64,000 bases of DNA, taken from assembly GCA_963747975.1 (NCBI GenBank), contig CAVVHI010000006.1, forward strand, positions 88,145-152,144. The letters are read 5' to 3'. Positions 1 to 9,301 of the stretch are shown piece by piece. The position numbers were made by a program, and so were the translations under genes. Within the stretch, counting starts at the first letter, position 1. Each line of letters opens with the position of its first letter. The notes under the pieces are model-generated. The model made no database searches. It was not told the origin of the DNA and was given only the letters and a program-made list of their open reading frames with translations. Source of the DNA: an uncultured Actinomycetota bacterium (GTDB taxonomy: Bacteria; Actinomycetota; Actinomycetes; Propionibacteriales; Nocardioidaceae).

Positions 1-817
1 TGTAGTACTCGTAGGCGTCCAGGATGTTCTCGGCGTGGTCGTAGTCCTCCTGCTTGGGGGAGTACACCTCGTTGGCCGCGGCGATCTGGTCCGGGTGCAG
101 CGTCCACTTGCCGTCGAAGCCGAGCGCCGCGGACCGGCCGGAGACCCGCTTGAAGCCGTCGATGTCCTTGATCTGCAGGTAGGGCCCGTCGATCGCCTGC
201 TTGTCGTGGGCCCGGGCCGCCATCAGGATCCGCATCAGGATGTAGTGGTAGGCGTCGCCGACGTCGTACCCGGGCGGCTGCTCGCCGACCACGAGGCTCT
301 TCATGTTGATCGAGGCCATGAAGTCGGCGGGGCCGAAGATGATCGTCTCCACCCGGGGTGAGGCGGTGGCGATGTCGTCGACGTTGATCAGGCCGAGGGC
401 GTTCTCGATCTGCGCCTCGATGCCGATCCGGCCGACCTCGTAGCCCATGGTGGTCTCGATCTGGGTAAGTAGCACGTCGAGCGCCTTGACCTGGTCGGCG
501 GTCTGCACCTTGGGCAGCATGATGCAGTCGAGGTTCGCGCCGGCGCCCTCGACCACCTCGATCACGTCGCGGTAGGTCCACTGCGTGGTCCAGTCGTTGA
601 CCCGCACGGTCCGCACCCGGTTGCCCCAGTCCCCGGTGTTGAGCACCTCGACGATGTTCTTGCGCGCGTCGGGCTTGGCGATCGGGGCGACCGAGTCCTC
701 GATGTCGAGGAAGACCTGGTCGCTGTCCAGCCCCTGGGCCTTCTCCAGGAAGCGCGGGTTCGAACCGGGAACGGCGTGGCAGGAACGACGGGACCGCAGC
801 TCGCGGGGCTCGGACAT
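1..817 (-). CDS. CitE/HpcH-HpaI family CoA-ester lyase (malyl-CoA lyase-like), 3' end outside window
   Basis: Manual translation from ATG 817: MSEPRELRSRRSCHAVPGSNPRFLEKA..VFLDIEDSVAP..RTVRVN..IMLPKV..QIENA..FGPADF..AIDGPY..GFDGKWTLHP; not in ORF track because it runs off the edge. Confidence 0.9.
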   Translation of the reverse strand, partial: MSEPRELRSRRSCHAVPGSNPRFLEKAQGLDSDQVFLDIEDSVAPIAKPDARKNIVEVLNTGDWGNRVRTVRVNDWTTQWTYRDVIEVVEGAGANLDCIMLPKVQTADQVKALDVLLTQIETTMGYEVGRIGIEAQIENALGLINVDDIATASPRVETIIFGPADFMASINMKSLVVGEQPPGYDVGDAYHYILMRILMAARAHDKQAIDGPYLQIKDIDGFKRVSGRSAALGFDGKWTLHPDQIAAANEVYSPKQEDYDHAENILDAYEYY

Positions 818-952
818 GGAGGAACCTCTCTTCGGGGGGACTCTCACCAGGGGAGATTTCCCGGGAGCCTACTCGGCGGCGGACCGGCCCGGGGAGGCCT
901 CGCTGCCGTGGCATTCCTCACCCGCGGCGGCCGTTTGTGGCAGGCTCGGAGC

Positions 953-1489
953 GTGACGGAGGCGTTCACCACCGCGCTGATCGCGGAGCTGGCGAAGAAG
1001 ACCGGCGTGTGCTGGCTGCGGTACGACGACGGGGACACCGGCTCCCCCGCGCGGCCGCGAGCTGCCTGGCACGTGTGGCACGACGACGCGCTGCACCTCG
1101 TCGCCGGCGGGACGGAGCAGCCGCTGCCCGGGCTGGAGCACGCCGACCGGGTCGAGGTCACCCTGCGCAGCAAGGAGAACGGCGGCCGGCTCGTGACCTG
1201 GGTGGGCCGCCCGTCCGCCGTACGCCCCGACGACCAGGCGTGGGCCGACGTCACCGACGCACTGGTCTCGGACCGGCTCAACCTGGACGACCTCGCCACC
1301 GCGAAGGACGAGTGGGCGGCACACAGCGTCGTGCTGCGCATCGACCCGACCGGCGAGCTGGCGGAGCAGCCCGGCTCCCTCAGCAGCGAGGACCACGCCG
1401 CCCCGCCGCCCCCGACGGAGGCGACCACCCGCGGGCCGCTCCCCCGGGTCCTGCACCGGCGCCGCCGCACCCGCCCCGGCCTGCGCTGA
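953..1489 (+). CDS. Conserved hypothetical protein, possibly split-barrel (PNPOx-like)
   Basis: GTG start within ORF 776..1489; LIAELAKKTGVCWL..VEVTLRSKENGGRLVTW resembles a common actinobacterial hypothetical family. Confidence 0.6.
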   Translation: MTEAFTTALIAELAKKTGVCWLRYDDGDTGSPARPRAAWHVWHDDALHLVAGGTEQPLPGLEHADRVEVTLRSKENGGRLVTWVGRPSAVRPDDQAWADVTDALVSDRLNLDDLATAKDEWAAHSVVLRIDPTGELAEQPGSLSSEDHAAPPPPTEATTRGPLPRVLHRRRRTRPGLR

Positions 1490-1492
1490 GCC

Positions 1493-2389
1493 TCACCCCG
1501 CCGGTACGGCGACGTGGCCGGACGCCACCGGCTGGACCCGGCCGGCGACGTGGACCCGGACGACCGACCCGGAGGCGGCCTCGACCCGCCCCTCGAGCGT
1601 CGAGGGGCGGCCCATCTCGACGCCCTGCGCGATCGTGTAGCGGCCGCCCTCGGGCAGCCGGTCCGCGGCCACGAGCGCCATCCCGAGACCGGCCGCGGCG
1701 GAGCCGGTGGCCGGGTCCTCCGGCACCGACAGCCCGGGGACGAACACGCGCGAGTGCACCGACAGCGCCGGGGCCCCGCCGGAGACGTGGTGCAGGTTGA
1801 TGCCCTCCACCGGGTCGGCGGTCGGCCCCACGGCGGCGAACCGGTCGGCGTGCTCGCGCAGCGGCCGGGTGGACGGCACCGCCCGGGCCACGGCGTCGGC
1901 GGCCACCGGCAGGTGGACGAACGTCAGGCCGGTCCCGGCCAGCCACACCGGCCCGGCGACGTCGGCGAAGGACAGCCCGACGTCCTCGAGCAGCGCGGCC
2001 ACGAGCGTGTCGTCGACCGGACCCACCAGGTCGCGCGGCACCGCGGACAGCTCCACCGCGCCGTCGTCGAGGAACGCGACGCCGATCTCCCCCGCCCCGC
2101 AGTGCTGCACCACCGACCGGGCCGACAGCTCGCCCCGGGAGCGCAGCACCGAGGCGGTGCCGAGGGTCGGGTGCCCGGCGAACGGGATCTCGCCCCCGGG
2201 CGTGAAGATCCGGGTGGCGTACTCGCCGTCGCCGCGCGGCACCGGGAACGTCGTCTCCGAGTAGCCGAACTCCTGGGCGAGCGCGAGGCACTGCCCGGTG
2301 CTCAGCTCGCCCGCGCCGTGCACGACGGCGAGCTGGTTGCCGGCGAAGGGCCGGTCGGTGAACACGTCCACCACGTCGTAGCTGAGCAT
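1493..2389 (-). CDS. PhzF family epimerase/isomerase
   Basis: YDVVDVFTDRPFAGNQLAVV, FGYSETTF, EIPFAGHPTLG, EDPATGSAA motifs. Confidence 0.92.
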   Translation of the reverse strand: MLSYDVVDVFTDRPFAGNQLAVVHGAGELSTGQCLALAQEFGYSETTFPVPRGDGEYATRIFTPGGEIPFAGHPTLGTASVLRSRGELSARSVVQHCGAGEIGVAFLDDGAVELSAVPRDLVGPVDDTLVAALLEDVGLSFADVAGPVWLAGTGLTFVHLPVAADAVARAVPSTRPLREHADRFAAVGPTADPVEGINLHHVSGGAPALSVHSRVFVPGLSVPEDPATGSAAAGLGMALVAADRLPEGGRYTIAQGVEMGRPSTLEGRVEAASGSVVRVHVAGRVQPVASGHVAVPAG

Positions 2390-2454
2390 CGTCACGTCCT
2401 CGCGCCGTTGCGGTGCCGCGGATCGGTCACCGTCGCCCGCTAACGTATCGAGGT

Positions 2455-3719
2455 GTGAGCACCGCCCCGAACCGCGTCTTCGCCGCCCGCCTGAGCGGGT
2501 CTGCCGGTCTTCGACCCGGCCGGCGACCAGGTCGGGAAGGTCCGCGACATCGTGGTGGCGCTGCGAGCCGGCCGCGACCAGCCCCGCGTGCTCGGCCTCG
2601 TCGTCGAGGTGTTCGGCCGGCGCTCGGTCTTCGTGCCGATGACCCGGGTCACCCACGTCGACAGCGGGCAGATCATCACCACCGGCGTGGTCAACATGCG
2701 CCGGTTCCAGCAGCGCTCCACCGAGACGCTCGTGTTCGGGCAGATGCTCGACCGCAAGGTGCGGGTGCGTGACTCCGGCGTCGAGGGCACGGTCTACGAC
2801 CTCGCCATGGAGCAGGCCCGCAACCGCGACTGGTACCTGTCCCGGGTGGCCCTGCAGGAGGGCGCCCGCCGCTTCGGACGCCGCGGGCAGACCCACCTCG
2901 TGGAGTGGGACGAGGTCGACGGCCTCGCCCTGCCGGAGGAGACCCAGGGCGCCACGCACCTGCTCGCGGCGCTGGAGGAGATGCGCCCGGCGGACCTGGC
3001 CAACGTCCTCCACGACCTACCCTCCAAGCGCCGGCGGGAGGTGGCGGCCGCGCTCGACGACGAGCGGCTCGCCGACGTCCTCGAGGAGCTGCCGGAGGAG
3101 GACCAGGTCGAGATCCTCGGCGAGCTCGACAGCGAGCGCGCCGCGGACGTGCTCGAGGAGATGTCGGCGGACGACGCCGCGGACCTGATCGCCGAGCTGC
3201 CGCCGGAGACCGCCGAGGCGCTGCTGGCGCTGATGGAGCCGGACGAGGCCGAGAGCGTGCGGCACCTGATGTCCTACGAGGAGCGCACCGCCGGCGCGAT
3301 GATGACCACGGACCCGGTGATCCTGCCGCCGGACGCCACCGTCGCCGACGCCCTCGCCCACGTCCGCAACGCCGAGCTGCCGCCGGCCCTGGCGGCGATG
3401 GTCTACGTGTGCCGGGCGCCGCTACGAGCCGCCCACCGGCCGGCTGCTCGGGGTGGCCCACATCCAGCGGCTGCTGCGGGAGCCGCCGTCCACGCTGGTC
3501 GGCGGGATGCTCGACAGCGACCTCGAGACGTTGCCCGCCACCGCGACGATGGAGGACGTCGCCCGGCACCTGGCCACCTACAACCTGGTGGCCGCCCCGG
3601 TGACCGACGACGAGGGCCGCCTGCTCGGGGCGGTCACGGTCGACGACCTGCTCGACCACCTCCTGCCCGAGAACTGGCGTGAGCGACCGACCGCACGAGG
3701 AGGTGTCTTCCGTGGCTAA
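2455..3719 (+). pseudogene. MgtE N-terminal/PRC-barrel/CBS domain protein with two +1 frameshifts (real pseudogene or assembly errors)
   Basis: VSTAPNRVFAARLSG, shift near 2497-2499, LPVFDPAGDQVGKVRD..LADVLEEL..AGAMMT; second shift near 3422-3425 into YEPPTGRLLGVAHIQR..GRLLGAVTVDD. Confidence 0.8.
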
Positions 3720-4284
3720 CGAGACCCGCCGGGAGCGCTCCGGGTACGCCCGGTCCCGGCTCGACCAGCCGCGCGAGACCCGGCCGCGGCTGTTCCGCCG
3801 GCCCGCCTACGACCCGGAGGCGTTCGGCAGCTTCGCGGAGCGGTTCGCGCGGTTCATGGGCACCGCCCGGTTCCTGCTGTACATGACCGCGTTCGTGGCG
3901 ATCTGGCTGCTGTGGAACGCCTCTGTGCCGGCTGCGTGGCAGTTCGACGCCTACCCCTACATCTTCCTGACCCTGATCCTGAGCCTGCAGGCGTCGTACG
4001 CCGCGCCGCTGATCCTGCTCGCGCAGAACCGGCAGGAGGACCGCGACCGGGTGGTGGCCGAGCAGGACCGGCAGGCCAACACCCGCGCCCACGCCGACAT
4101 GGAGTTCCTGGCACGGGAGATGGCCTCGCTCCGGATGGCCATCGGCGAGGTCGCCACCCGCGACTACGTCCGTTCCGAGCTCCGGTCGCTGCTCAACGAC
4201 CTCGAGGAGCGGCGCCGCGAGGGCGAGGAGGGCACCGAGGACGGGACCGGCGCCGGTGACGACGGCCATCCGGACCGGGCCTGA
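3712..4284 (+). CDS. DUF1003 domain membrane protein
   Basis: GAGGAGG RBS then GTG; FDAYPYIFLTLILSLQASYAAPLILLAQNRQ motif. Confidence 0.9.
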   Translation: MANETRRERSGYARSRLDQPRETRPRLFRRPAYDPEAFGSFAERFARFMGTARFLLYMTAFVAIWLLWNASVPAAWQFDAYPYIFLTLILSLQASYAAPLILLAQNRQEDRDRVVAEQDRQANTRAHADMEFLAREMASLRMAIGEVATRDYVRSELRSLLNDLEERRREGEEGTEDGTGAGDDGHPDRA

Positions 4285-4316
4285 GCGCGCTTTCCCCGCG
4301 GCGTACCCTGAACCCC

Positions 4317-5471
4317 ATGACGTCCCCCCTCCTCGACCAGGTGAACGCCGCGCTCGCGACCGTCAACGATCCCGAGATCAGGCGGCCGATCACCGAGCTG
4401 AACATGGTCGACTCCGTCGACATCGACGACTCCGGCAGGGTCTCGGTCACCGTGCTGCTCACGGTCTCCGGCTGCCCGCTCAAGGACACCATCACCCGGG
4501 ACGTCACCGAGGCGGTCTCGAAGGTCCCCGGCGTGACCGACGTCGACCTCACCCTGGGCACGATGACCGCCGAGCAGCGCGCCGGGCTGCAGGAGGTGCT
4601 CCGCGGCGGGCAGGCCCAGCGCGAGATCCCGTTCGCCAAGGCGGACTCGCTGACCAAGGTCTACGCCATCGCCAGCGGGAAGGGTGGCGTCGGCAAGTCG
4701 TCGGTCACCGTGAACCTCGCCGTCGCGATGGCCGAGCAGGGCCTCAAGGTCGGCATCGTCGACGCCGACATCTACGGCCACTCGGTCCCCGCCATGCTCG
4801 GCGTCGGCGACGTGCGGCCGACCCAGGTCGAGGACATGATCATGCCGGTGCCCACCGAGCACGGCATCTCGGTGATCTCGATCGGGATGCTCAAGCCCCG
4901 GCGCGACCAGGTGGTCGCCTGGCGCGGGCCGATGCTGGACCGGGCCCTGGTGCAGATGCTCAGCGACGTCTTCTGGGGCGACCTCGACGCGCTCTTCCTC
5001 GACCTGCCCCCGGGCACCGGTGACATCGCGATCTCGCTCGGCCAGCACCTGCCCAACGCCGAGGTGGTCGTGGTGACCACCCCGCAGGAGGCCGCCGCCG
5101 AGGTCGCCGAGCGCGCCGGCACGATGGCGTCGATGATGCACCAGCGCGTGGTGGGCGTCGTGGAGAACATGTCCTTCCTGCCCTGCCCGCACTGCGGCCC
5201 CGAGCACCGGCTCGAGGTGTTCGGCTCCGGCGGTGGCGCCCGCGTCGCCGCGACCCTGTCGAGCCGCTTCGGGTACGACGTCCCGGTGCTCGGCGACGTG
5301 CCGCTCGACCTGACCCTGCGGGAGGGCGGCGACGCCGGCGACCCGATCGTCGCGGCCGCCCCGGAGACCCCTGCTGCGCAGGAGCTCACGAAGGTCGCCG
5401 CGACGCTGTCCGGCCGCGGCCGTGGCCTCGCGGGCATGCAGCTCGGTCTCACCCCTGCCGGTAGATTCTGA
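4317..5471 (+). CDS. mrp: Mrp/NBP35 (ApbC) Fe-S carrier ATPase
   Basis: DPEI..ITEL; SGKGGVGKS; DADIYGHS; WRGPML; DLPPGTGD; VVENMS. Confidence 0.95.
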   Translation: MTSPLLDQVNAALATVNDPEIRRPITELNMVDSVDIDDSGRVSVTVLLTVSGCPLKDTITRDVTEAVSKVPGVTDVDLTLGTMTAEQRAGLQEVLRGGQAQREIPFAKADSLTKVYAIASGKGGVGKSSVTVNLAVAMAEQGLKVGIVDADIYGHSVPAMLGVGDVRPTQVEDMIMPVPTEHGISVISIGMLKPRRDQVVAWRGPMLDRALVQMLSDVFWGDLDALFLDLPPGTGDIAISLGQHLPNAEVVVVTTPQEAAAEVAERAGTMASMMHQRVVGVVENMSFLPCPHCGPEHRLEVFGSGGGARVAATLSSRFGYDVPVLGDVPLDLTLREGGDAGDPIVAAAPETPAAQELTKVAATLSGRGRGLAGMQLGLTPAGRF

Positions 5472-5474
5472 GCC

Positions 5475-5813
5475 GTGTTCGGGATCGGCCTGCCAGAGCT
5501 CCTGGTGATCGCGGTGGTGGGCATCCTCGTGTTCGGCCCCGACCGGCTCCCGGAGTTCGCCCGGCAGGCCGGCCGCTTCGTCCGCCAGGTCCGTCAGTTC
5601 ACCCAGTCCGCGCGTAACGACCTGCGCAGCGAGCTCGGGCCGGAGTTCGCCGACCTCGAGCTGTCCGACCTCGACCCCCGCCAGATCGTGCGCAAGCACA
5701 TCCTGGAGGCGATGGACGAGGAGGACGAGCGTCCCGCGACCGTGCCGGTCCGCCCCGGGCTGCGTCCCCTCGAACGCGGCGAGCGTCCGCCGTACGACCT
5801 CGAGGCGACCTGA
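5475..5813 (+). CDS. tatB: Sec-independent translocase subunit TatB
   Basis: MFGIGLPELLVIAVVGILVFGPDRLP..ELGPEF..LDP..FDLEAT-like C-terminus. Confidence 0.88.
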   Translation: MFGIGLPELLVIAVVGILVFGPDRLPEFARQAGRFVRQVRQFTQSARNDLRSELGPEFADLELSDLDPRQIVRKHILEAMDEEDERPATVPVRPGLRPLERGERPPYDLEAT

Positions 5814-7146
5814 AGCCCACCTTCGCGTCGAGGGTGATCTCCACGGTGCTCCGGCTGCCGTCCCGGCGCACGACGAGCTCGATGGTCTCGCCCGGCTGGT
5901 GGCTGCGGATGGCCACGATCAGCTCGATCCCGTCGGCGACCGGCTTGCCGTCCACGGCGAGGACGACGTCGCCCTCGCGGAGGCCGGCGCGCTGCGCCGG
6001 GGTGCCCGACCCGACCGAGGCGATCTCCGCGCCGCCGCCCCCGCCGGTGCGCACCTCGGCGCCGATGACCGGGTACTTCGCCTCGCCGGTCCGCACGATC
6101 TGGGCCGCGGTCACCTTGACCTGCTCCATCGGGATCGCGAACCCGACCCCGATGTTGCCGCCGTTGCCGACGAACCCGCCCATCGTCGCGATCGCGGAGT
6201 TGACCCCGACGACCTCTCCGCGCAGGTTCACCAGCGGCCCGCCGGAGTTGCCCGGGTTGATCGCGGCGTCGGTCTGCACGGCGTTGATGTACGACGACTC
6301 GTCGGCGTCGCCGGTCGTCACCGGACGGTCGAGGGCGCTGATGATGCCGGAGGTGACCGTGCTGCTCAGGCCCAGCGGCGAGCCGATCGCGACGACGGTC
6401 TCGCCGACGTTCATCGACCGGGAGCTGCCGAGTGCCGCCGGCTGGAGGCCCTCCACCCCCTCGACGTCGAGGACCGCGATGTCGTAGGTGGCGCTGCGGC
6501 CCACGATCCGGGCCGGGTGCCGGCGGCCGGCGTGGTCGATGACCTGGATCCGGCCGTTCTCGGCGGCCCCCGAGACCACGTGGTTGTTGGTGATGACGTG
6601 GCCGCGCCGGTCCGCCACGAACCCGGACCCGGTCCCCTGGCCGGACCCGCCGCGGGTCACGATCTGGACGGTGCTGGGCAGCAGCGCCTCGGCCACCGCC
6701 GCCACCGAGCCGTTCTCGGGGTCCAGCGGCGCGGGCGCGCCCTCCCGGCCCTCGAAGACCGCGGCCTCCGACCCCGCCCGGTCGAGGGTGCCGGCCACGA
6801 GCGCGCCGCTCATCGCACCCCCGAGCAGGCCCACGACCAGCGCCGTCGCCGCGACGACCGGCCACACCCAGCCGGGGAGGCGGGAGCCGCGCTCCGGGGC
6901 GGGGGCGTACCAGCCCTGGCCGTAGTAGGCGCCGTGGCCGTAGGGGTCGTAGCCGTAGCCGCCGTGGCCGTGGGGGTCGTAGCCGTAGCCGCCGTCGTAG
7001 GCGTACGGGTCGTGCCCGTAGCCGCTGCCGGAGACGTCGTAGCCGTAGGGAGCGGTGTCGTCGGACCCGGACGCAGCCTGCTCCGCCCCGGTCGCCTCGT
7101 CGCGGTTCTCCGGGCGTGCTGGCTCGTTCTCGGTCACGCCAGCCAT
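5599..7146 (-). CDS. htrA: HtrA/DegP serine protease with TM helix and PDZ domain (C-terminus runs into tatB antisense)
   Basis: TNNHVV, DIAVL, QTDAAINPGNSGGPL catalytic motifs; PDZ GTPAQRAGLREGDVV. Confidence 0.92.
   Translation of the reverse strand: MAGVTENEPARPENRDEATGAEQAASGSDDTAPYGYDVSGSGYGHDPYAYDGGYGYDPHGHGGYGYDPYGHGAYYGQGWYAPAPERGSRLPGWVWPVVAATALVVGLLGGAMSGALVAGTLDRAGSEAAVFEGREGAPAPLDPENGSVAAVAEALLPSTVQIVTRGGSGQGTGSGFVADRRGHVITNNHVVSGAAENGRIQVIDHAGRRHPARIVGRSATYDIAVLDVEGVEGLQPAALGSSRSMNVGETVVAIGSPLGLSSTVTSGIISALDRPVTTGDADESSYINAVQTDAAINPGNSGGPLVNLRGEVVGVNSAIATMGGFVGNGGNIGVGFAIPMEQVKVTAAQIVRTGEAKYPVIGAEVRTGGGGGAEIASVGSGTPAQRAGLREGDVVLAVDGKPVADGIELIVAIRSHQPGETIELVVRRDGSRSTVEITLDAKVGFRSPRGRTADARRVRGDAARGGPARSRDARPPRPSPPGCACARSGGGRGRTARGRRTPARARCAGRYARTG
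6931..6990. repeat. 30-bp tandem repeat (2 copies, 1 mismatch) in htrA N-terminal coding region
   Basis: gccgtggccgt(a/g)ggggtcgtagccgtagcc twice; encodes Gly/Tyr/His/Asp-rich repeats. Confidence 0.85.
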
Positions 7147-7152
7147 TTTGGC

Positions 7153-7731
7153 CTACGGCCGCAACTCGTCCGCACCCTCCACCCACGACGGGTCCGCCGA
7201 CACCTCGTCCGCGGGGCCGGCCGACGGGAGCCGGCCGTGCACCCGCGCCACCGGCGCCACCACGGCCGGGATCCCGGTGGCGGGGGCGTGGGTGAGGGCG
7301 GAGGTGGGTGGCGCGGGCGTCCCACCGGCGGGGCCGAAGGGGCTCCCGGTGAGCGTGGCCAGTCCCAGCACCGCCACGGAGACCGACCCGGCGCCGGCGA
7401 CGGCCAGTCCCGCACGGCGTCGTCCCCGGCCCCGGCGCTCGATCTCGCCGACCGCCGCCCAGGCAGCAGCGCCCGAGGGCCGCGACGGCGACCCGGTGGC
7501 GGAGCCGAGCCCGTAGAGGGAGCCGAGCAGCTGGTCGGGCGGCGGGTCCGCGTCGTGGTCGGTCATCGCCGCGAGCTGGGTCTTGACCCAGCCCTCCCGT
7601 TCGACCTGGCGGCGGCAGGTGTCGCAGGAGTGGACGTGGGCCCAGGCCCGCTCGGCGGAGGAGGCGTCGAGCTGGCCGTCGAGCAGGGCGCTGACGGCGA
7701 TGCCGAGGTGTCCTCCGAGGTAGCGCATCAC
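7153..7731 (-). CDS. Zinc-binding anti-sigma factor (zf-HC2, RseA-like)
   Basis: [20 protein letters not shown] (HxxxCxxC); TM segment; directly downstream of sigE. Confidence 0.88.
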   Translation of the reverse strand: MMRYLGGHLGIAVSALLDGQLDASSAERAWAHVHSCDTCRRQVEREGWVKTQLAAMTDHDADPPPDQLLGSLYGLGSATGSPSRPSGAAAWAAVGEIERRGRGRRRAGLAVAGAGSVSVAVLGLATLTGSPFGPAGGTPAPPTSALTHAPATGIPAVVAPVARVHGRLPSAGPADEVSADPSWVEGADELRP

Positions 7732-8402
7732 ACCGTCTGGGTCTCGAGGTCGGGGTCGCAGGGCTCGCAGGGCCCGGAGTAGCGTTCCCGGCCGGCGGCC
7801 GGGGCGCGGTGCGCGAGCGCCTTGCGCAGCATCGTGCGGCCGCGGTGGATCCGGGAGCGGACCGTGCCCAGCTTCGCGCCGAGCACGTCGGCGATCTCCT
7901 CATAGGTCAGGCCCTCGATGTCGCAGAGGACCACGGCGGCGCGGAACTCGGGCGGCAGCGCGGCCAGCGCGGCCTCGACGTCGTCGTCGAGCATGCCGTC
8001 GGCGACCTGGGCGTCGGGGCTCGGCACCCGCCCGGGCAGCCGCTGGTCGACGTCGTCGGCGAGGGCGTCGAAACGGATCTTGGACCGGCGGCGGGCCTGG
8101 TCGAGGAAGAGGTTCGTGGTGATCCGGTGCAGCCAGCCCTCGAACGTGCCCGGGGTGTAGCTCGACAGGGAGCGGAAGACGCGGACGAACACCTCCTGGG
8201 TGAGGTCCTCGGCGTCGTGGGGGTTGCCGGTCAGACGGTAGGCGAGCCGGTAGACGCGCAGGGAGTGCTGGCTGACGACGTCCTCCCACGAGGGCGCGGT
8301 CCAAGCCTCGGCGCTGTCCGGGGTGGTGCGGTCGAGGTCGGTCATCGGGCGCTCCTTGCCCTGGAGGGCTCTCGCGGCCAGGCCGCTCAGTGTGCTCGCC
8401 AT
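7728..8402 (-). CDS. sigE: ECF RNA polymerase sigma factor SigE (alternative start 8345)
   Basis: [47 protein letters not shown]; sigE-antisigma-htrA synteny. Confidence 0.92.
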   Translation of the reverse strand: MASTLSGLAARALQGKERPMTDLDRTTPDSAEAWTAPSWEDVVSQHSLRVYRLAYRLTGNPHDAEDLTQEVFVRVFRSLSSYTPGTFEGWLHRITTNLFLDQARRRSKIRFDALADDVDQRLPGRVPSPDAQVADGMLDDDVEAALAALPPEFRAAVVLCDIEGLTYEEIADVLGAKLGTVRSRIHRGRTMLRKALAHRAPAAGRERYSGPCEPCDPDLETQTV

Positions 8403-8478
8403 GTCGCGGCGTCGGTCCCCTCTCACGCTAGGCCGTGCTCCTGAGAGCCACCTGAGGATTCTTCCCCGGTTCCCTGAA

Positions 8479-8505
8479 CAACGACCCGCCCGGTCCGGGT
8501 GTTCC
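8479..8505 (-). promoter_or_regulatory. SigE/SigH-type ECF promoter upstream of sigE
   Basis: Minus strand reads GGAAC-N17-CGTTG, the consensus form known for actinobacterial SigH/SigE/SigR promoters. Confidence 0.7.
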
Positions 8506-8598
8506 CGCACGCCCGCGTCGGGACGGCGGCGGTGCGTCGGGGCGGCCGCGCCGACGGGTAGAGTCACCGGCGACGACATCCGCACGCGCCCCCGCCGT

Positions 8599-9270
8599 GT
8601 GCCGACCGAGGAGGACATCATCGCTACGGGACTCAAGCCCACCAGCTGGGCCTACGCCGAGGAGTTCGTGAGCGAGGACGAGGTGCTGGCGGCCGCGCGC
8701 AGCCGCGCCAAGGAGGTCGGCGTGGTCCCGATCGGTCCCGGCGGTGGGGCCACCCTGCGGTTCCTCACCGCGGTCACCGAGGCCCGCGCGGCCGTGGAGA
8801 TCGGCACCGGCACCGGCGTCTCCGGGCTGTGGATGCTGCGGGGCATGCGCCCCGACGGCGTGCTGACCACCGTCGACCTCGAGGCCGAGCACCAGCGGCT
8901 GGCCAAGCAGACCTTCTCCGAGGCGGGCATCCCCCCGCAGCGGGTGCGGCTGATCCCCGGGGCGGCGCTCGACGTGCTGCCCCGCCTCACCGACGGCCAC
9001 TACGACCTGGTCTTCTGCGACGGCGACAAGCACGAGTACTCCGACTACCTGACCGAGGCGCTGCGGCTGCTGAAGCCGGGCGGGATCGTGGCCTTCGACA
9101 ACGCCCTGTGGCACGACCGGGTCGCCGACCCCGCGCAGCGCGACGCGGAGACGGTGGCGATCCGCGAGCTGGGCAGGACGGTCCGCGAGCACGACATGCT
9201 GCTGCCGGTGCTGCTGCCCGTCGGTGACGGGCTGCTCGTGGCGAAGAAGGTGTGGACCCCCGAGTCGTGA
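8599..9270 (+). CDS. O-methyltransferase (Methyltransf_3 family); start uncertain (GTG 8599 or ATC 8620)
   Basis: [35 protein letters not shown]. Confidence 0.88.
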   Translation: MPTEEDIIATGLKPTSWAYAEEFVSEDEVLAAARSRAKEVGVVPIGPGGGATLRFLTAVTEARAAVEIGTGTGVSGLWMLRGMRPDGVLTTVDLEAEHQRLAKQTFSEAGIPPQRVRLIPGAALDVLPRLTDGHYDLVFCDGDKHEYSDYLTEALRLLKPGGIVAFDNALWHDRVADPAQRDAETVAIRELGRTVREHDMLLPVLLPVGDGLLVAKKVWTPES

Positions 9271-9271
9271 C

Positions 9272-9295
9272 CCCTCCCGCGCGAGCGCGGGAGGG
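9272..9295. terminator. Hairpin between convergent genes
   Basis: ccctcccgcgc / gcgcgggaggg perfect inverted repeat. Confidence 0.65.
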
Positions 9296-9301
9296 ACGAC
9301 G

